Shown piece by piece: positions 23,354 through 35,784 of a stretch of 64,000 nucleotides of DNA (position 1 is its first letter; every line of letters begins with the position of its first letter). A program made the translations under genes and the position numbers. The notes below the pieces were generated by a model. That model was given only the letters and a program-made list of their open reading frames with translations, was not told the DNA's origin and did no database searches. The DNA lies in assembly GCA_010405405.1 (NCBI GenBank), contig MU004230.1, positions 1,150,627 to 1,214,626 on the forward strand, read 5' to 3'. Source of the DNA: Microthyrium microscopicum (Eukaryota).

Positions 23354-23607
23354 TATGATGGATGTCGTATATTTCGTGATTCTCTCATGAATGTTGGTGG
23401 TTGTCTCAACTTCACCTCGTTGTTGGTAAACTGTCATTGCTAGGGCGATCGAACCCCTGCCTCTACGGGAACACCCGACACTAACCATATCAGACATCGC
23501 CCCAAATTTTCTCCCAAGCTCCCCTCGACTCTTCCACCATCTTCAAACTCTCTTCCCTCGCCCACCAAGAACCTACTTTCTCCAGTAATACAACTCGAAG
23601 CAAGACA

Positions 23608-24507
23608 ATGACAACAGCAACCCACCGCGCCGACGCAACCGCCCTCCTCGACGAACGCGGCTACTCCGGCCCCCTCGTTCGTGGCGGCAATCCCGCGCAC
23701 CTAATCGAAAAAGCAGTGCGCGACCGCATTACCAGCTCTCTCTACTGGCTCGAGCAATGCTACGGTCTCAACGCCGCGACTCTCTGTGACCGTGCAGCCG
23801 AGCTCACAGCCGTCGGCGGAACATATGGAGGTGTCGGGAAACCAACGCCATTTCTTTGTTTGGCGTTCAAGATGTTGCAGCTTGTGCCTGAGCGCGATGT
23901 AATACTTGCATATCTAAATTGGAGAGACGATGAATATGAGAAGGAGGAAGAGGATGGTGAGGAGGTAAAAAAGGAGGAGAAGGAAACTGGTGATGTGGTG
24001 AATGGGAGTAATGGGAGGGACGGGGAGTTCAAGTATCTGAGGGCTTTGGCAGCGTTTTATATTCGACTGACGTGGGAGCCGGTGGAGATATACAAGACGC
24101 TGGAGCCGTTGTTGGCGGATATGAGAAAGTTGAAAAGACGGACTAGGGAGGGCTATGCGTTGACATATGTGGATCAATTTGTGGACGATTTGTTGACAAA
24201 GGACCGCATATGTGCAACAAGTTTATGGAAGCTGCCGAGCCGGACTATGCTGGAGGATTTGGATCTACTGGAACCGCGAGAATCACCGCTGGGCGAGGAG
24301 TTGGAAGAGTTGGAGCGGGAGCAAGAAGAAAAGATGGATGAGAGTGAAGAGGGCCAATATACTTCGGACGATGGCGACGACCGGAGTCGTGATCGTAGTT
24401 ACAGTCGAAGCCAAAGTCGCAGCAGAACTCCAAGTAGGAGTCGAAGCCGAAGTCGAACACCTAGATCTCGGAGTAGATCTCGTAGATCGGATTATTCAGA
24501 AGATTGA
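23608..24507 (+). CDS. PRP38: Pre-mRNA splicing factor Prp38 with C-terminal RS tail
   Basis: NPAHLIEKAVRDRI, GGTYG..KPTPFLCL.FK, FKYLRALAAFYIRL, D.RKLKR, YVDQFVDDLL. Confidence 0.93.
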   Translation: MTTATHRADATALLDERGYSGPLVRGGNPAHLIEKAVRDRITSSLYWLEQCYGLNAATLCDRAAELTAVGGTYGGVGKPTPFLCLAFKMLQLVPERDVILAYLNWRDDEYEKEEEDGEEVKKEEKETGDVVNGSNGRDGEFKYLRALAAFYIRLTWEPVEIYKTLEPLLADMRKLKRRTREGYALTYVDQFVDDLLTKDRICATSLWKLPSRTMLEDLDLLEPRESPLGEELEELEREQEEKMDESEEGQYTSDDGDDRSRDRSYSRSQSRSRTPSRSRSRSRTPRSRSRSRRSDYSED

Positions 24508-24639
24508 AGTATTGACAGATTTGCATTCCCTCTATTTACTGTTCAAACTCCTGGCACCAGCTCTAATCTTTAAACAATTGAAAAAGTAAGAAACTCATTA
24601 ACTCCTTACAGCGCACTTTTGACCGCAATAGTTAAACCT

Positions 24640-25765
24640 TTAGTGGCCACCCGTTGTTGGCAGACCAAGGAACACCTTGAATGAATCGTAGATCAACCAC
24701 TGGGCTCCCGTGAGCGTACCAATCATGAGGATACGAACTGGCAAGCCATTGAAGAGGCCACGGAATCCGATGTTACCGTATATTCTGGATATAGCCTGTA
24801 GGGCACCTTCGCCAGCTTTTCGGTCACTGTTCAATTTGGAAACCATGACATCTGGATAAAAAGTCAGTAATCATACACCCTTCACATCAAAACAAAACCT
24901 ACCAGCTGGATGCGATACTGCAGCACTGCCAATACCAGCAATGTAGCCTCCCAGGAAGGATACACCAGTCTGCTGAAGCGACGTAAAGCTGTCCTTTGGC
25001 TTCCCGAGTCCCTTGTAAATCGCTTCGACCGCCTTCTCAAATGTCGCAAACTTGACCTATTTTATCGTCAGAACCTTTCACTCTCACTATTCAGCTACAC
25101 ATACCATAGTATACGGCACCTGTCGCGCCCAAAGCGGATACAATCCCTTATACAACCTATCCCCAATTAGCACAGACCCTTCACCACCATCTCGTTTCCA
25201 CTCACCCAGCAACACCCTCCTTAGCCACAATCTTCCCCATCCCCTCCCTCATCGTCCTCGCAAAAGGTGGCAACGTAGTCTGCATCCTAACCTTAACCGC
25301 CTCAAACGGACAAAGCGCCAAATCCGCAATAAACTCCGCACTAGCGCTCGCACCAAGATACACCACCGTCTGATTCAAGTTTGGGAACAACTTCTCCCCA
25401 TATCCATATTTGAACACCTCATAAAGTCCATATTTACCAGCTCCTTGAAACGAGTAGCCGACGAACGTGGGAGACCATCCGAGGAAGATTCCGCGGACAC
25501 CGTCTTGCGCGATGATGGTGCGCCAGCCTTGCAGGTTGGAGGTGTAGAGTTTTGGGTCGACTTGGCGGCGGGTTTTGACGAGATCGAGGGGTGTTACGGC
25601 TGTGTGGGTTGGACCGCATGCTGGTGGTTGTTAGTAGGATGGTCGGGAGGGTGGAAGGGTGAATGTACCGATTATACCACCGAGCGTGCATGCGGCGAAG
25701 TAGGTTGGTGAGAAGAGTTCGATTGAGCCGCGTTTGGGGACGGCTTTTTTGATTGAGTCCGTCAT
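24640..25765 (-). CDS. PIC2: Mitochondrial phosphate carrier, Pic2-type, multi-exon
   Basis: [84 protein letters not shown]. Confidence 0.8.
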
Positions 25766-26760
25766 TGTTGTTGGCGGTGAGTGGAGATTGGTTTTGTGGT
25801 GTTGTTCTTGGAGTTGCGAGGCGCGATAACAGATGCTAAAATGGAGGGCTGGTAGCTGAGCTTAACGCAGGGAACGGTTAGTTTACAAGAATCACTTGGT
25901 CACTCGTGTAGCAATCAACGACAATGAAGCAGCAGAGGTATGGGCTAAGAAGCAATTGGCACTGGAAATTGTTGAAAAAGATAAAGTCTTGGGAGTTGTT
26001 GCAAGCAACGAGCTCATTCAGAAGCAAGGCTGGGTTACGTGGGGCCACGCTATCATCCCTGCTGAAACTCCGAGCCTTCCGTCCAATGATGACGTCGATT
26101 TTGCACTTGTCCTTTCTTGACTAAGCGGCTCTAAGCAAGGTCATATCTCGGGAGTTCTCCGAGTTGATCGTCTATCAAATGTGTTGTGCATAGATCAACA
26201 CGTCGCTCGTGTGAGGCTAGTTCTGTAAACAACATCGAAGCAGAAAACAAAAAAGCAGGTACGGCAGTAGACAGAGTATCACTTAGCTTCAAGGAAATAT
26301 GTATTAAATCATCAACGTGTCATTCCCCATTCGCTATCCATATGTCGACTCTTCCACGAGTTGATCAATGCTATAAGATATTCACGATCCCAGTTTTGCA
26401 AATCGCACCTACAAAGTGCCTAAATACATCCCTAGACAAGGCAATTCTTTCTTCCCCATGCACGTCAACTCCTTGATTCTTCAATGCGTGCACAAATAAC
26501 CGGCCCGAGTTTGCAAAAAAGGACCGTGACAATGCGTGTATGCTGTGCTTGTAGCTGTCATGAACATTAAGCATAGAAGCAAGGTCGAGTCCACATGCTC
26601 AGATCTTTGCTCCTTCGCGATGATGCTGAAAATGCTGAATTGTCCGAGTCAATCGGATAATCTCCAACGGGAGACAATGGAATGGCTGATGGCATGAGAG
26701 AATGAGACGATGCCGGAGGCTAGAGAATGATGCAGTGCTTTCTTGCTGAAAGACAATCGT

Positions 26761-29058
26761 TCATGGACCGCGTCGAATTCGCCTATTTGGAATTGGAGAC
26801 TTGGGCGCATCTTTTTCAGTTGAGCTTTCCGCGACAGCTAATTTTGGTGCTGACGCTGGTTCTGGGTCTGCGTCCGTCATCGTAACATCCTTGACATCCG
26901 GGAGCTCTGTAACGGGTGTAGTACCTGCGGAATCTTGATACTCGACATAAGTCTGGTCTGGCATGCTCATAGGCGAAGCAGATCGATAGTCGCTAAGAAT
27001 CTCGTCTTCGGGTGGAGAAAAGGACCATACTTCCATGACCGTCTTGCCTCCTCGAGAAGCCATAACCACGCAATGCTCTGGCTCAAATACCACTCGCCAA
27101 ACCGCATCAGCGGGCTGACAAAGATCGCGGACATGGGCTCCAGTCTTGAGATCCCAGACTTTGACTCGACCATCCGAGCCACCGCTGACAATACGAGTGT
27201 CGTCAAACTGAAGACTTGTGACGCTGTTGTCATGAGCAGCCAGCCTATGGATTGCTTGATACTCGGTCAAAGACCAAACACGAACTCCTCCATCGGAGCC
27301 TCCTGTTACGAGGATATCCCCTCGCATCTGAAGCTGACCGACAAGCGAGGTATGGCCTTGTAAAACTGCAAGACACCGCCTATATAGTTGTTAGCGAGGT
27401 TGATTCAATAATCTAGACGAAACCGGCGCGCTTCCTTGAGATGCTTGTGCAGGGGTAGAAAACTTTTACCTTCCTAAATTGGAAGGAAATGAGGGGAAAT
27501 CACTTACCCATCAGTTGGATCCCAAATACGGACCATGGTATCCAGACTTCCTGTTGCGATCTTCTTGCCATCAAACGCAATCGCATAAATTTGAGAAAAG
27601 TGACCCTGCAAGGTACGCAGGCATTTTCCATCTTTGATGCTCCAGATCTTGGCCGTGGTATCGTAACTACCACTTACAACCAAGTCACCGTGAATTTCAA
27701 GGCAGCGAACGCTTGAACCATGTCCAACAAGCACATGCTTACAGACACCCTTTTGAATGTCCCAGATCCGCAAGGTGGTGTCTCGAGACCCTGAGATAGC
27801 GGTGGTGGCGTCAGACATCTTCAAACAGCGCACAGTCGAGGTATGCCCTCGTAATACGTGTGTGCTAGTTCTAGAAACCAATATTAGCATAATCCGCAAT
27901 GAATGAATGTTATGAACATACCCAGTGGCCATATTCCATACACGGACATCTCTATCGCACCCTCCAGACACAAGAACATCATCCCAAGGTACCATAGCCC
28001 AGACTCCCATAACATGCCCTTGCAAGGTCTTTTGGTGGTTTCCATCCGTGTCAAACACGTGGATCTTAGCGTTATCAAGTGCTACAACGATATACTTGTC
28101 TGTGAGATGGAGACTTGTGACTACGCCATGATCAGGAGTGATCTGGCGGTGCTCCATTTTGCCGCCATGCTTCCAAGCCGTATCAACCATGTATCGCTGC
28201 TTGAAATGTGATCGGTAGGACAACGCTGGTGGACGTCTTCTCGAGTTGCGCTGATTTCGCCAACGATCTACGCTTTGAGTTCTCAAATCAGGTGCACTAT
28301 TGAATCCAGGTCCTGTAAGATGTGGTGGACGAGTGTATCCAAATTGCATCTGATAGGGAGATGTACCAGGCGTAGTGACGTCGCGAGATGTTTGAGCCAA
28401 GCGCTTGCGGGGTTCATCGGAAGGTCGTCGATAGTAGTATTTATCAGAAAGTGTTTTCCAGGCAGCGTCGTCGAGTACGAGTTCTCGCCATCTATGTGAC
28501 ACTTGGGAGGATCTTGCGAGTGTCTGAGGGTCATCGAAGAATTGTAAAATCTATTAGGGTTATATTAGCAAATGGCCCAATCATCCCCTGTGCACTTGTA
28601 CTCACCCGTAAGCAGATTTCATTGGGAAATGTCATAAACGGATCCTTTTTTAGTCGTGGGCTGACAAAGTCTTGTACGAATGCTAGTTGTTGACTACTGC
28701 ATAGATTGAGCAACTCCGCAAGCAGACGCTGCTTTTCGGCATCGTTCATTTCTACGAATACTGAGCGAACATGGCGAACATTACTATCTTCATGTTCTGC
28801 TGCAGTACTCCAATCTGGGGCTCGACCCATTGGTGTAGGACTTGGCGCGGGAGTAGGAGGTGATGCTGGCGCGGAAGGAAGAAGATTATGTGCCATGCTT
28901 GCGGCTATTGGACTGCTCGGAGTGTGTATTGCTCTAGGCGGCGGCCGTGTACTCGACATGGGGGCTTTTCGCTTTGTTAAAGAAGAAGATGGAGGAAATA
29001 CTGGTGGAGGAGGAGGAAGTTGCATATCATCAGGTGTTGGCTGGGATGGTAAATCCAT
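26761..29058 (-). CDS. F-box/WD40 repeat protein (Cdc4/Fbw7-like SCF substrate receptor), 4 exons
   Basis: Dimerisation helix (LLAELLNLCSSQQL), F-box (DPFMTFPNEICLR|ILQF, intron 28551-28605), seven or more WD repeats (GH...SGS.D..VRIW). Confidence 0.9.
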
Positions 29059-31732
29059 GTTGAATAATCAATAGAACAATGAGGCTATTGTCCGAATTGA
29101 GCAGGCTCGATGGCCTCGGATACCGCGAAAATGACCCAACAATAGCCAACGGTAGTATTGACAATGGAATAGACAGAGGTTGACTGCGTGGTCTCTTGGA
29201 AAGGTAGGAGTAGGGCGGAATGGTTCACAGCACGAGTCGTGGTGTTTCAGAGTGGGTGGAACGAAGATAGATGGCAGAGTGAGGTTACGAAAGGCCTGAA
29301 GCGAGTCGAAGGTTTTGCAAGCGGTGGTAGATATGAAAGACTGGCGGGGATTGCGGATGCGTAGAGAAAGATGGGAATATTCGGAGGAGAAGAAGTTGGA
29401 AAGTTGTAAGCGAAGATGAGCAGCAGCAGCACTGTACGCAGAAGTGGTCTGGTCTGGTGGTGGAGAAAAGTACTGAGGGCAAGGAGTTACTTTGGGAGAG
29501 TTGGCACTTGCAAAGTCTTGGTTTGGTGCAAGGCAAGTGCAAGGCAAGTGCCACCAACCACTGACCCAGCCGCTCCTTCCTCCCACCATCAAACCTGACC
29601 TTCGCGTGCAGTCGTCCCTGCCAATTTCAACCGCATACTTTACCCACCAAAATAACCGACCCTGATTCTTATATGGGCATCATGTCCATGATCTAAAGCC
29701 TGCTTATCATGCGACTGAGCTAACCTCAAGTGTTCCTTACTCTAGTTCTGGGCCTGATCCTCCCTTTAAACGTGGGCTCTTTAACAATGGTCCGTTGAAC
29801 CGCTTTTTTCACATATCGATTTATATTATTGACTATTTATTTACCTGTCATTACAAACCATCAACAAACATCTAATCCACCCACTCTACCACACATGTAT
29901 CTTACGGTTGAACAGCCAGCCATCTGATCCATCTGTACAACCTCTTGTGGTCACTTCTATCATCCCCTACCGGTACCTCACTTTTCCCTCTAGCCTAACT
30001 TTCATTTTTACCCCGTTCGTTGTGAAACTAACACCCGTTTCTTTTTCACTCAACTGCCAGGAACCTGGCAAAAGCACCTACTTAAGATCCACCAGCTACA
30101 TTTTGCTTTACTGGTCACGAGAGATGACTTGACTTTGAGACCATCACCTGTCGCTGTCTCTGCGAAAAGCTCCCAACAAAGATCTGGTGCAAGAGCGGCC
30201 TCATCACACTCTTTTTTTCTGTCACACACAACACATTCTACTCAAATTGTCAGGTGCGATTAAGGCCCACCTCTATACAAAATGTGACGATGTTTATTTC
30301 CGACGAATTGGTGATTACAACTCAAAAAATAACCACAGAGCTATATCCAAAAAGCCTTGCCACTATCAGAGTATATTTCACACTATATTGATTTGATCAC
30401 CGCACGCTCTAGGAAGGTCAATAACATGCACATAGCCACATACAGAAAAAGCATTGACGAAAGTCGCCAAACCACCAATCCACACCAAATATCTGACTGC
30501 CATACAATTCTTGCCAATGAAAACACTCAATAGAAGACAGTCTTTATGATTGACGAACTTGGTTTGCTAGCTGACGTATGCCAATAGACCGAAATAAAGC
30601 ATTCACTTTTCAACCTCCAGGATGTGCTGCTAGGATCTCCGCAGGCAAGACAGGCTCGTCGGTCTATTTTTGGCAACATCTATTCCTTCACCTGGTTTTT
30701 GAAGAGATCTTTGAGAGATACGGTTCGATCTACTGCTGGGAACTATTATGGACTAATTGTCCATGCTTGTAGAAACAAGTTTTGTTCTCAGGGCTTTTGT
30801 CTCTTACAGTTGGTTTTGGTAGTATCCAATAGCACTATCGTGAGTGGTACACCATTGCGACTAGAGCATGAGAAGTCTTCAAGGTAAACTTAGAGTACTG
30901 TTAACAGTCTCAAATGCTTGATCCTGGCTCTGAAGCTTGAAATTCTGGGTTCTAATAGAGATCAGTTAGTTTACATATGTGTGGAAAACATGACGTTGAG
31001 TTTCTGAGTGAATGTCAGATAAAGCGCTACAGTCCTCGGTTTCTAGAAATATTACGTCTCTGACCATTACTATCTAGAGTTTACAGGAGCCGACGGGCAG
31101 AAATCAGCTAGCTGGTTTAGCCGTAAGCACGACAGTATTCTACCAAGAGATTGTGTCTAAGAACCAAGAGTAGTAGACAACGACATCACAATCTGGTGAC
31201 TTGATTGTCATATAGCAGAAAAGTGTGGCCACTTCTGATTTCTGATCGATATCCTCCATTGGATCAGATCAAATGCATATTGCCTGCCCAGATGTATCTT
31301 CTGAACTTCGTTAGGAAAGACTTGGAAATAGTCCTATTCATCTTCCATTCATATTTGATACTTATCTGCGGATATCGACTCAAGCATTTTTCCTTCCTGG
31401 CAAATTCGGCACGTTGTGAATGTCGGGATTGGAATAATGCGTCCATAGCAAAAAATTGAGACCGAGACTTGATGAGAAATATGCATGCCGACCTGGAAGC
31501 GAAAACCTTCGCATTCCGAGCCTACTTCAGAGCTACTGTGCTGAGATCATGACCATATGAAGCCTAGATCCCGTTTCTCGTAGGACTTGGCTCTAATCGA
31601 TAAAAGTCTTTGACTTCAAGACGAACGGTAGCACCTCTTTGTGTCAACCGACCAATAATTTGACGATGGCCCAAATGAGTATTCATAATTTGTATTGTTT
31701 CTATCATTCATTTCCAATATGCCACTCCACAT

Positions 31733-32555
31733 CTAGCAAGTGAACACCGAAGGTCCAGGTACAGTATACGACTTGAAGTTATTGTAAATATTGGCCGTAT
31801 AGCCCGAATCACTCGCCTTGAAAGCACCTGGGATCGAAACAGTAGGTTTTGGTAATGTACTTGCACCTCCCGAGACCTTAATTTGCGCACACGAAATGTA
31901 GAATTGCGGCTTGCCACCCGGGTTGTGAATGGCAAGCTGTTGTATGCGGAGAAGGTAGTCGCCAGGAGCGATGCAAGATGGGATCTTGACCGAGTAGTTT
32001 TCTGGATAGAATCAATCAGCAAAGTTAATATATATGTGCGAAGGGGTGTTCTTACTTGACATATCCCATTTAGCCTGTCCGCCTGCGAACGTTGGGCCAA
32101 TGTCTTTGACTTTGAACCATGGTGTGCTTCCATCTGCTGTCTTTGCGTCGGGCACTTGTGTCATGTAGAAGGAGATTGGTCTAGAAATCAGCACTTGTTG
32201 CTCTATGGAGTCTATAGAGGCTTACCCTTGGTGGTAGACAGCAGTGTCTGCGCCAAATGTCACCGTTGAGCCAGCAGCGACGGGCATAGTCTCAGTGCTC
32301 GCGCCTGATGTGCCACCTACATTGCAGCGAAGGTCTTTGTCGCCCAAGTCGACGACGGGGGAATTGTGATTTGTGTTTTTGCGGACGAATTGGTAGACTC
32401 CTCCTCCTTGGCTTCCAGATTTGACGGTTTGGAACATATCTATGTATGGTTAGAGTGCGCTAACGAATGTCGAGTTAGGCTGAGAACGTACAATGACCCT
32501 CTGTTACGGCGGACAGCAGCGCTATGGCTGAGGCAATGACTGATGTTGACTTCAT
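31733..32555 (-). CDS. AA9 lytic polysaccharide monooxygenase, secreted, no CBM, 4 exons
   Basis: Signal peptide [20 protein letters not shown] then His1 (HY across an intron), NSPVVDL..KDLRCN, VYHQGP, WFKV, GDYLLR...[18 protein letters not shown], ends PGPSVFTC. Confidence 0.92.
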
Positions 32556-33557
32556 GATATTGTTTGGCTGATATGTTGCAGTAAAGAGTGAACAGTTGAG
32601 AATCACGAAAATGATATGCAGGAGCGCTCGGGCGCTTTGATCCCTTATAGCAAATGTCTATGGCCAGAAGGCCTATAGAATGATTTGCCTAATCTCCTAA
32701 TGTACAACAGACCAGACGTAGGATTATTTCCATTCCTTGGATTAACCCTAGAATTAAAGGATGTCAATACTGCCGCGTTGACGGGCAGTGCGGAGAAAAT
32801 CATCATTGGCCAAAGACTTATGCGGCGAAGAATGGAACAACGCAAGTGCTTCCATCGTCCTGCTGCAAGTAGAAATTGTCCGACATGGATAGATTGAGCT
32901 GCGTGGAAGACTTGTCCTGTTTTGCTGTCTACGGCCCGTCTAAGCGAGGAGCTTTCCATGTCCTTTGGCCAGCAACTTTGTATTCGTCGACTGCAATTGA
33001 GCGGAACAAGCAAGTGATCTTGCCGGGAGTATAGTGATCGTGAGAATGGGGTAGGGACCAGCTGGGGACATAGATGAAGAAACCTGGGAAAAGAAGCCTT
33101 GCTGCTCTGTGCGCTGACGCGTGATTTTAAAGACCTTGCATGGTAATGAAACACTTCCAGGTTCTGGAATTGTCGATATGATATTCCTAGGATCCGATCT
33201 GGCCATCAAGCAAGACCGTTTCTATCGCTTGTAGCTGGACAATAAGTTGATAAGAAGCTCACCTGGAAAGTTCTGGAGAAGCTGACTTGGACCTATTTTC
33301 TGAGCTGTCAGCCGTCATTAGACCCTGACAGAAGCTTAAAACAATAGGAGGAACATATACGGTCCGGCAGTGCACCCTAAGTAGGTATGCAGGGTTTGTT
33401 GCTGCCAAACGGCTTACTGTTTAAAGCATAAGGAACACATGGCAGTTTGAAGACACCCAATGTGAAGTTCTGAGCCAGGAGAGGAGAACGTAAACAAAGC
33501 ATGAATCAAATTTCAAGTCGGGGGTATCAAATAATGAACACTTCCACGTCGTTCCGG

Positions 33558-34307
33558 CTAGCTGCCATTATCGCTGGCAGCAGCAGCCTCCGGATTCTTC
33601 TCCTCTCTGCCGTCTTGCCAGCTTGTACAATTGAAGCATCGTTTTGCGTGATCCTGACTACGTTAGTATACTAATTTGCATGTTTGGAGGTCATACTTAC
33701 ACTAATGTACTTCCTACAATACCTGCATCTGACTTGACGTTTGATGACATTATCGTTAGCTAGCCAGCCGTATGTTTTGCCAATTACGAAGAGGCCGAAT
33801 GCAATGAGAAAGAATCTCATCAGCTTGTCGATAAAGTTTCCATACGCCTGTAATATGTTAGTTCAGCGGTTCGCACTGTTCGACCAGAAAGTATGGTAGT
33901 CAAAGGAAGCCTTACCCAGACAACGGCTCCATCTTCCAAGGCTTGATCGACGGTGTTGTATATGAGCGATCTATGCTGACCACGACGAAGAATGAGGAAC
34001 TTCTCTTCGAGATTGCGAGAAAGAAAAGGGAGGAGAGATATGATAGGTAGAATGATATCGGACACAAGACTGTTGGCCACAGCAGTGAAAGAGGTTGCGA
34101 AGCTATCAAATGAGTTAGCATGGAGACTTGCTGCTCATGTGTTATTGTGTTATCAATTTACATCAATCCAACAGCAACTTCAAGCACATTGTCTCGAAAG
34201 CAAAAGTCTAAAAATCCATCCCAGGTCTTGCGTGCCGCTGAGCGAACGTCGTCAAAGTCCAAGTCGCCATCACCGTCGAAATCAAAAGAGTCGACCAGCT
34301 GAGGCAT
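33558..34307 (-). CDS. MscL-family (large-conductance mechanosensitive channel-like) protein, 4 exons
   Basis: Spliced: MPQLVDSFDFDGDGDLDFDDVRSAARKTWDGFLDFCFRDNVLEVAVGLIFATSFTAVANSLVSDIILPII...AYGNFIDKLMRFFLIAF...RCRYCRKYISDHAKRCFNCTSWQDGRE. It matches the MscL pattern F..F..RGNV..LAVG..IG.AF..IV.SLV.DII.P and YG.F. Confidence 0.85.
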
Positions 34308-35044
34308 GATATTGTAGTTGAATGCTATTGTTCTGTGGTGGACGCTGTCTTGCCGGGCTTTGGCAGTTGCTGTGCGAATTGAGAGGCGCCGAACAGAACA
34401 AGCTGATAACAGGAGATGCGAAAGAACTGTCGTACAGGTCTAGAAATACTAGGGTATAACAAGGAAAGCAGAGATTATGGGGAGCATAGGATGCAGTTGA
34501 GAGTCGAGATGGATTATGATGCATGTGAAGGACGCGAGCTGAAGCTTGATCCGTAAAAAGCAAAGCGCGTCCAACTTCCAACTTCCTGGCTCGCCTCCCT
34601 TTTCACTCTTGACAAAATCAATGGCACTCTCCCAACGAATACGATACTCAGTATCGGTGTTCAGAAAGAGCAATTTCCATCGTATTCAGTACTCCACATT
34701 CTTTCCTACGTGTTCAGGGAGAAACACAGTACCTATCGCTGACAGAAGGCTGTGAAAGCTGACTCTGCGATTCAACGTCAACTTTGTCCAATAATTCAAT
34801 CAATTATCACCATCGATGCCATGTGGAAGACATTTTCATTATTGAGAGTCAGCAGAGTTGAAGACACAAAAGCGCCTCCCCGCTTTAAATCGAACCAACT
34901 CTAAGAAGTGAAGTGTTAGCAAAATATCCGAACAGCATCATTTACTGGGGGCCATGCAAGCTCGTGTATCTCCATGATAAACCATCTCCGATGTATGCTA
35001 GGCTTTATCAATGTATTCACAGCTGTTTGAAGGATCTCTTCCCA

Positions 35045-35440
35045 GCTGGAATACGCACTGAAGTTTTCAAGAGCTTTATGAGCCAAATTTCCAACTTTCA
35101 GAGCTTGAATTTCCAGAGGGCCTCCCTGCCAACACAATCGATGCTCTTCTACTCGCATACTACGAAACCATGAACCTCGACCATTTCACAGCCTGCCTGC
35201 CCAGTGCCAGACAGGCCGAAGACACCCTTCTTGACACTTCCTGGCCTCGTCCGCTGGCTGTACTGGTATCTGATGTCAGAAGCAACATTGCGATCTCTTA
35301 ACGCTGTCCTAAACAACCCGAACATGACCATTAATGATCCATCGACACGGCAAGAGTTAATCTACAAACATATTCCAGATTACTGCTGCCCTCAGGTTAG
35401 CAATGAAATACGCCAGCTTCTTGTCAGGACTCAGCCGTAA
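35045..35440 (+). pseudogene. Possible frameshifted gene remnant of an uncharacterised fungal domain
   Basis: Protein-like segments in different frames (DALLLAYYETMNLDHFTAC; PVPDRPKTPFLTLPGLVRWL...LNAVL...INDPSTRQ...IPDYCCP) join if a 4-nt duplication in gcctgcctgcc at about 35191-35201 is removed. Confidence 0.3.
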
Positions 35441-35784
35441 ACTATACGACTGGTATCTTACAAAAAAAAATAAAAATTGGTAGCGTGTCAGTCGATCCTA
35501 GTGCGTCTACGATAGAAAAGGTCTAGCAAACTCATGTCAAACAGTGTGATAGAGAGAGAAACATAATTGCAAACAATCACGGATCTACCGGTAAAAACTC
35601 AAATGGTCCTTCTTCCTTGAAGCCTCTTTCGATATTCTACTACGATACTCATTGACATTTCAGTGATAATCTGATTCAACCAAACTCTACACCCACCCGC
35701 ATACTGGTAAATTACAGTTTGGTCTGTTCTTACGTCCAATCATTCAATCCTGAGGTTCTCTGAAATTTTCCGCAGACCATGACC

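Noticed and set aside
27382..27507. Possible nested intron or 4-nt micro-exon (TTTAG GAAG GTAAAA) in the F-box gene
   Set aside because: A single intron already restores the WD repeat frame (GRCLAVLQGH), and the inner piece is too short with no branch point
29600..31700. 2-kb region with short ORFs
   Set aside because: No coding signal, repeat or RNA gene motif recognised; treated as intergenic
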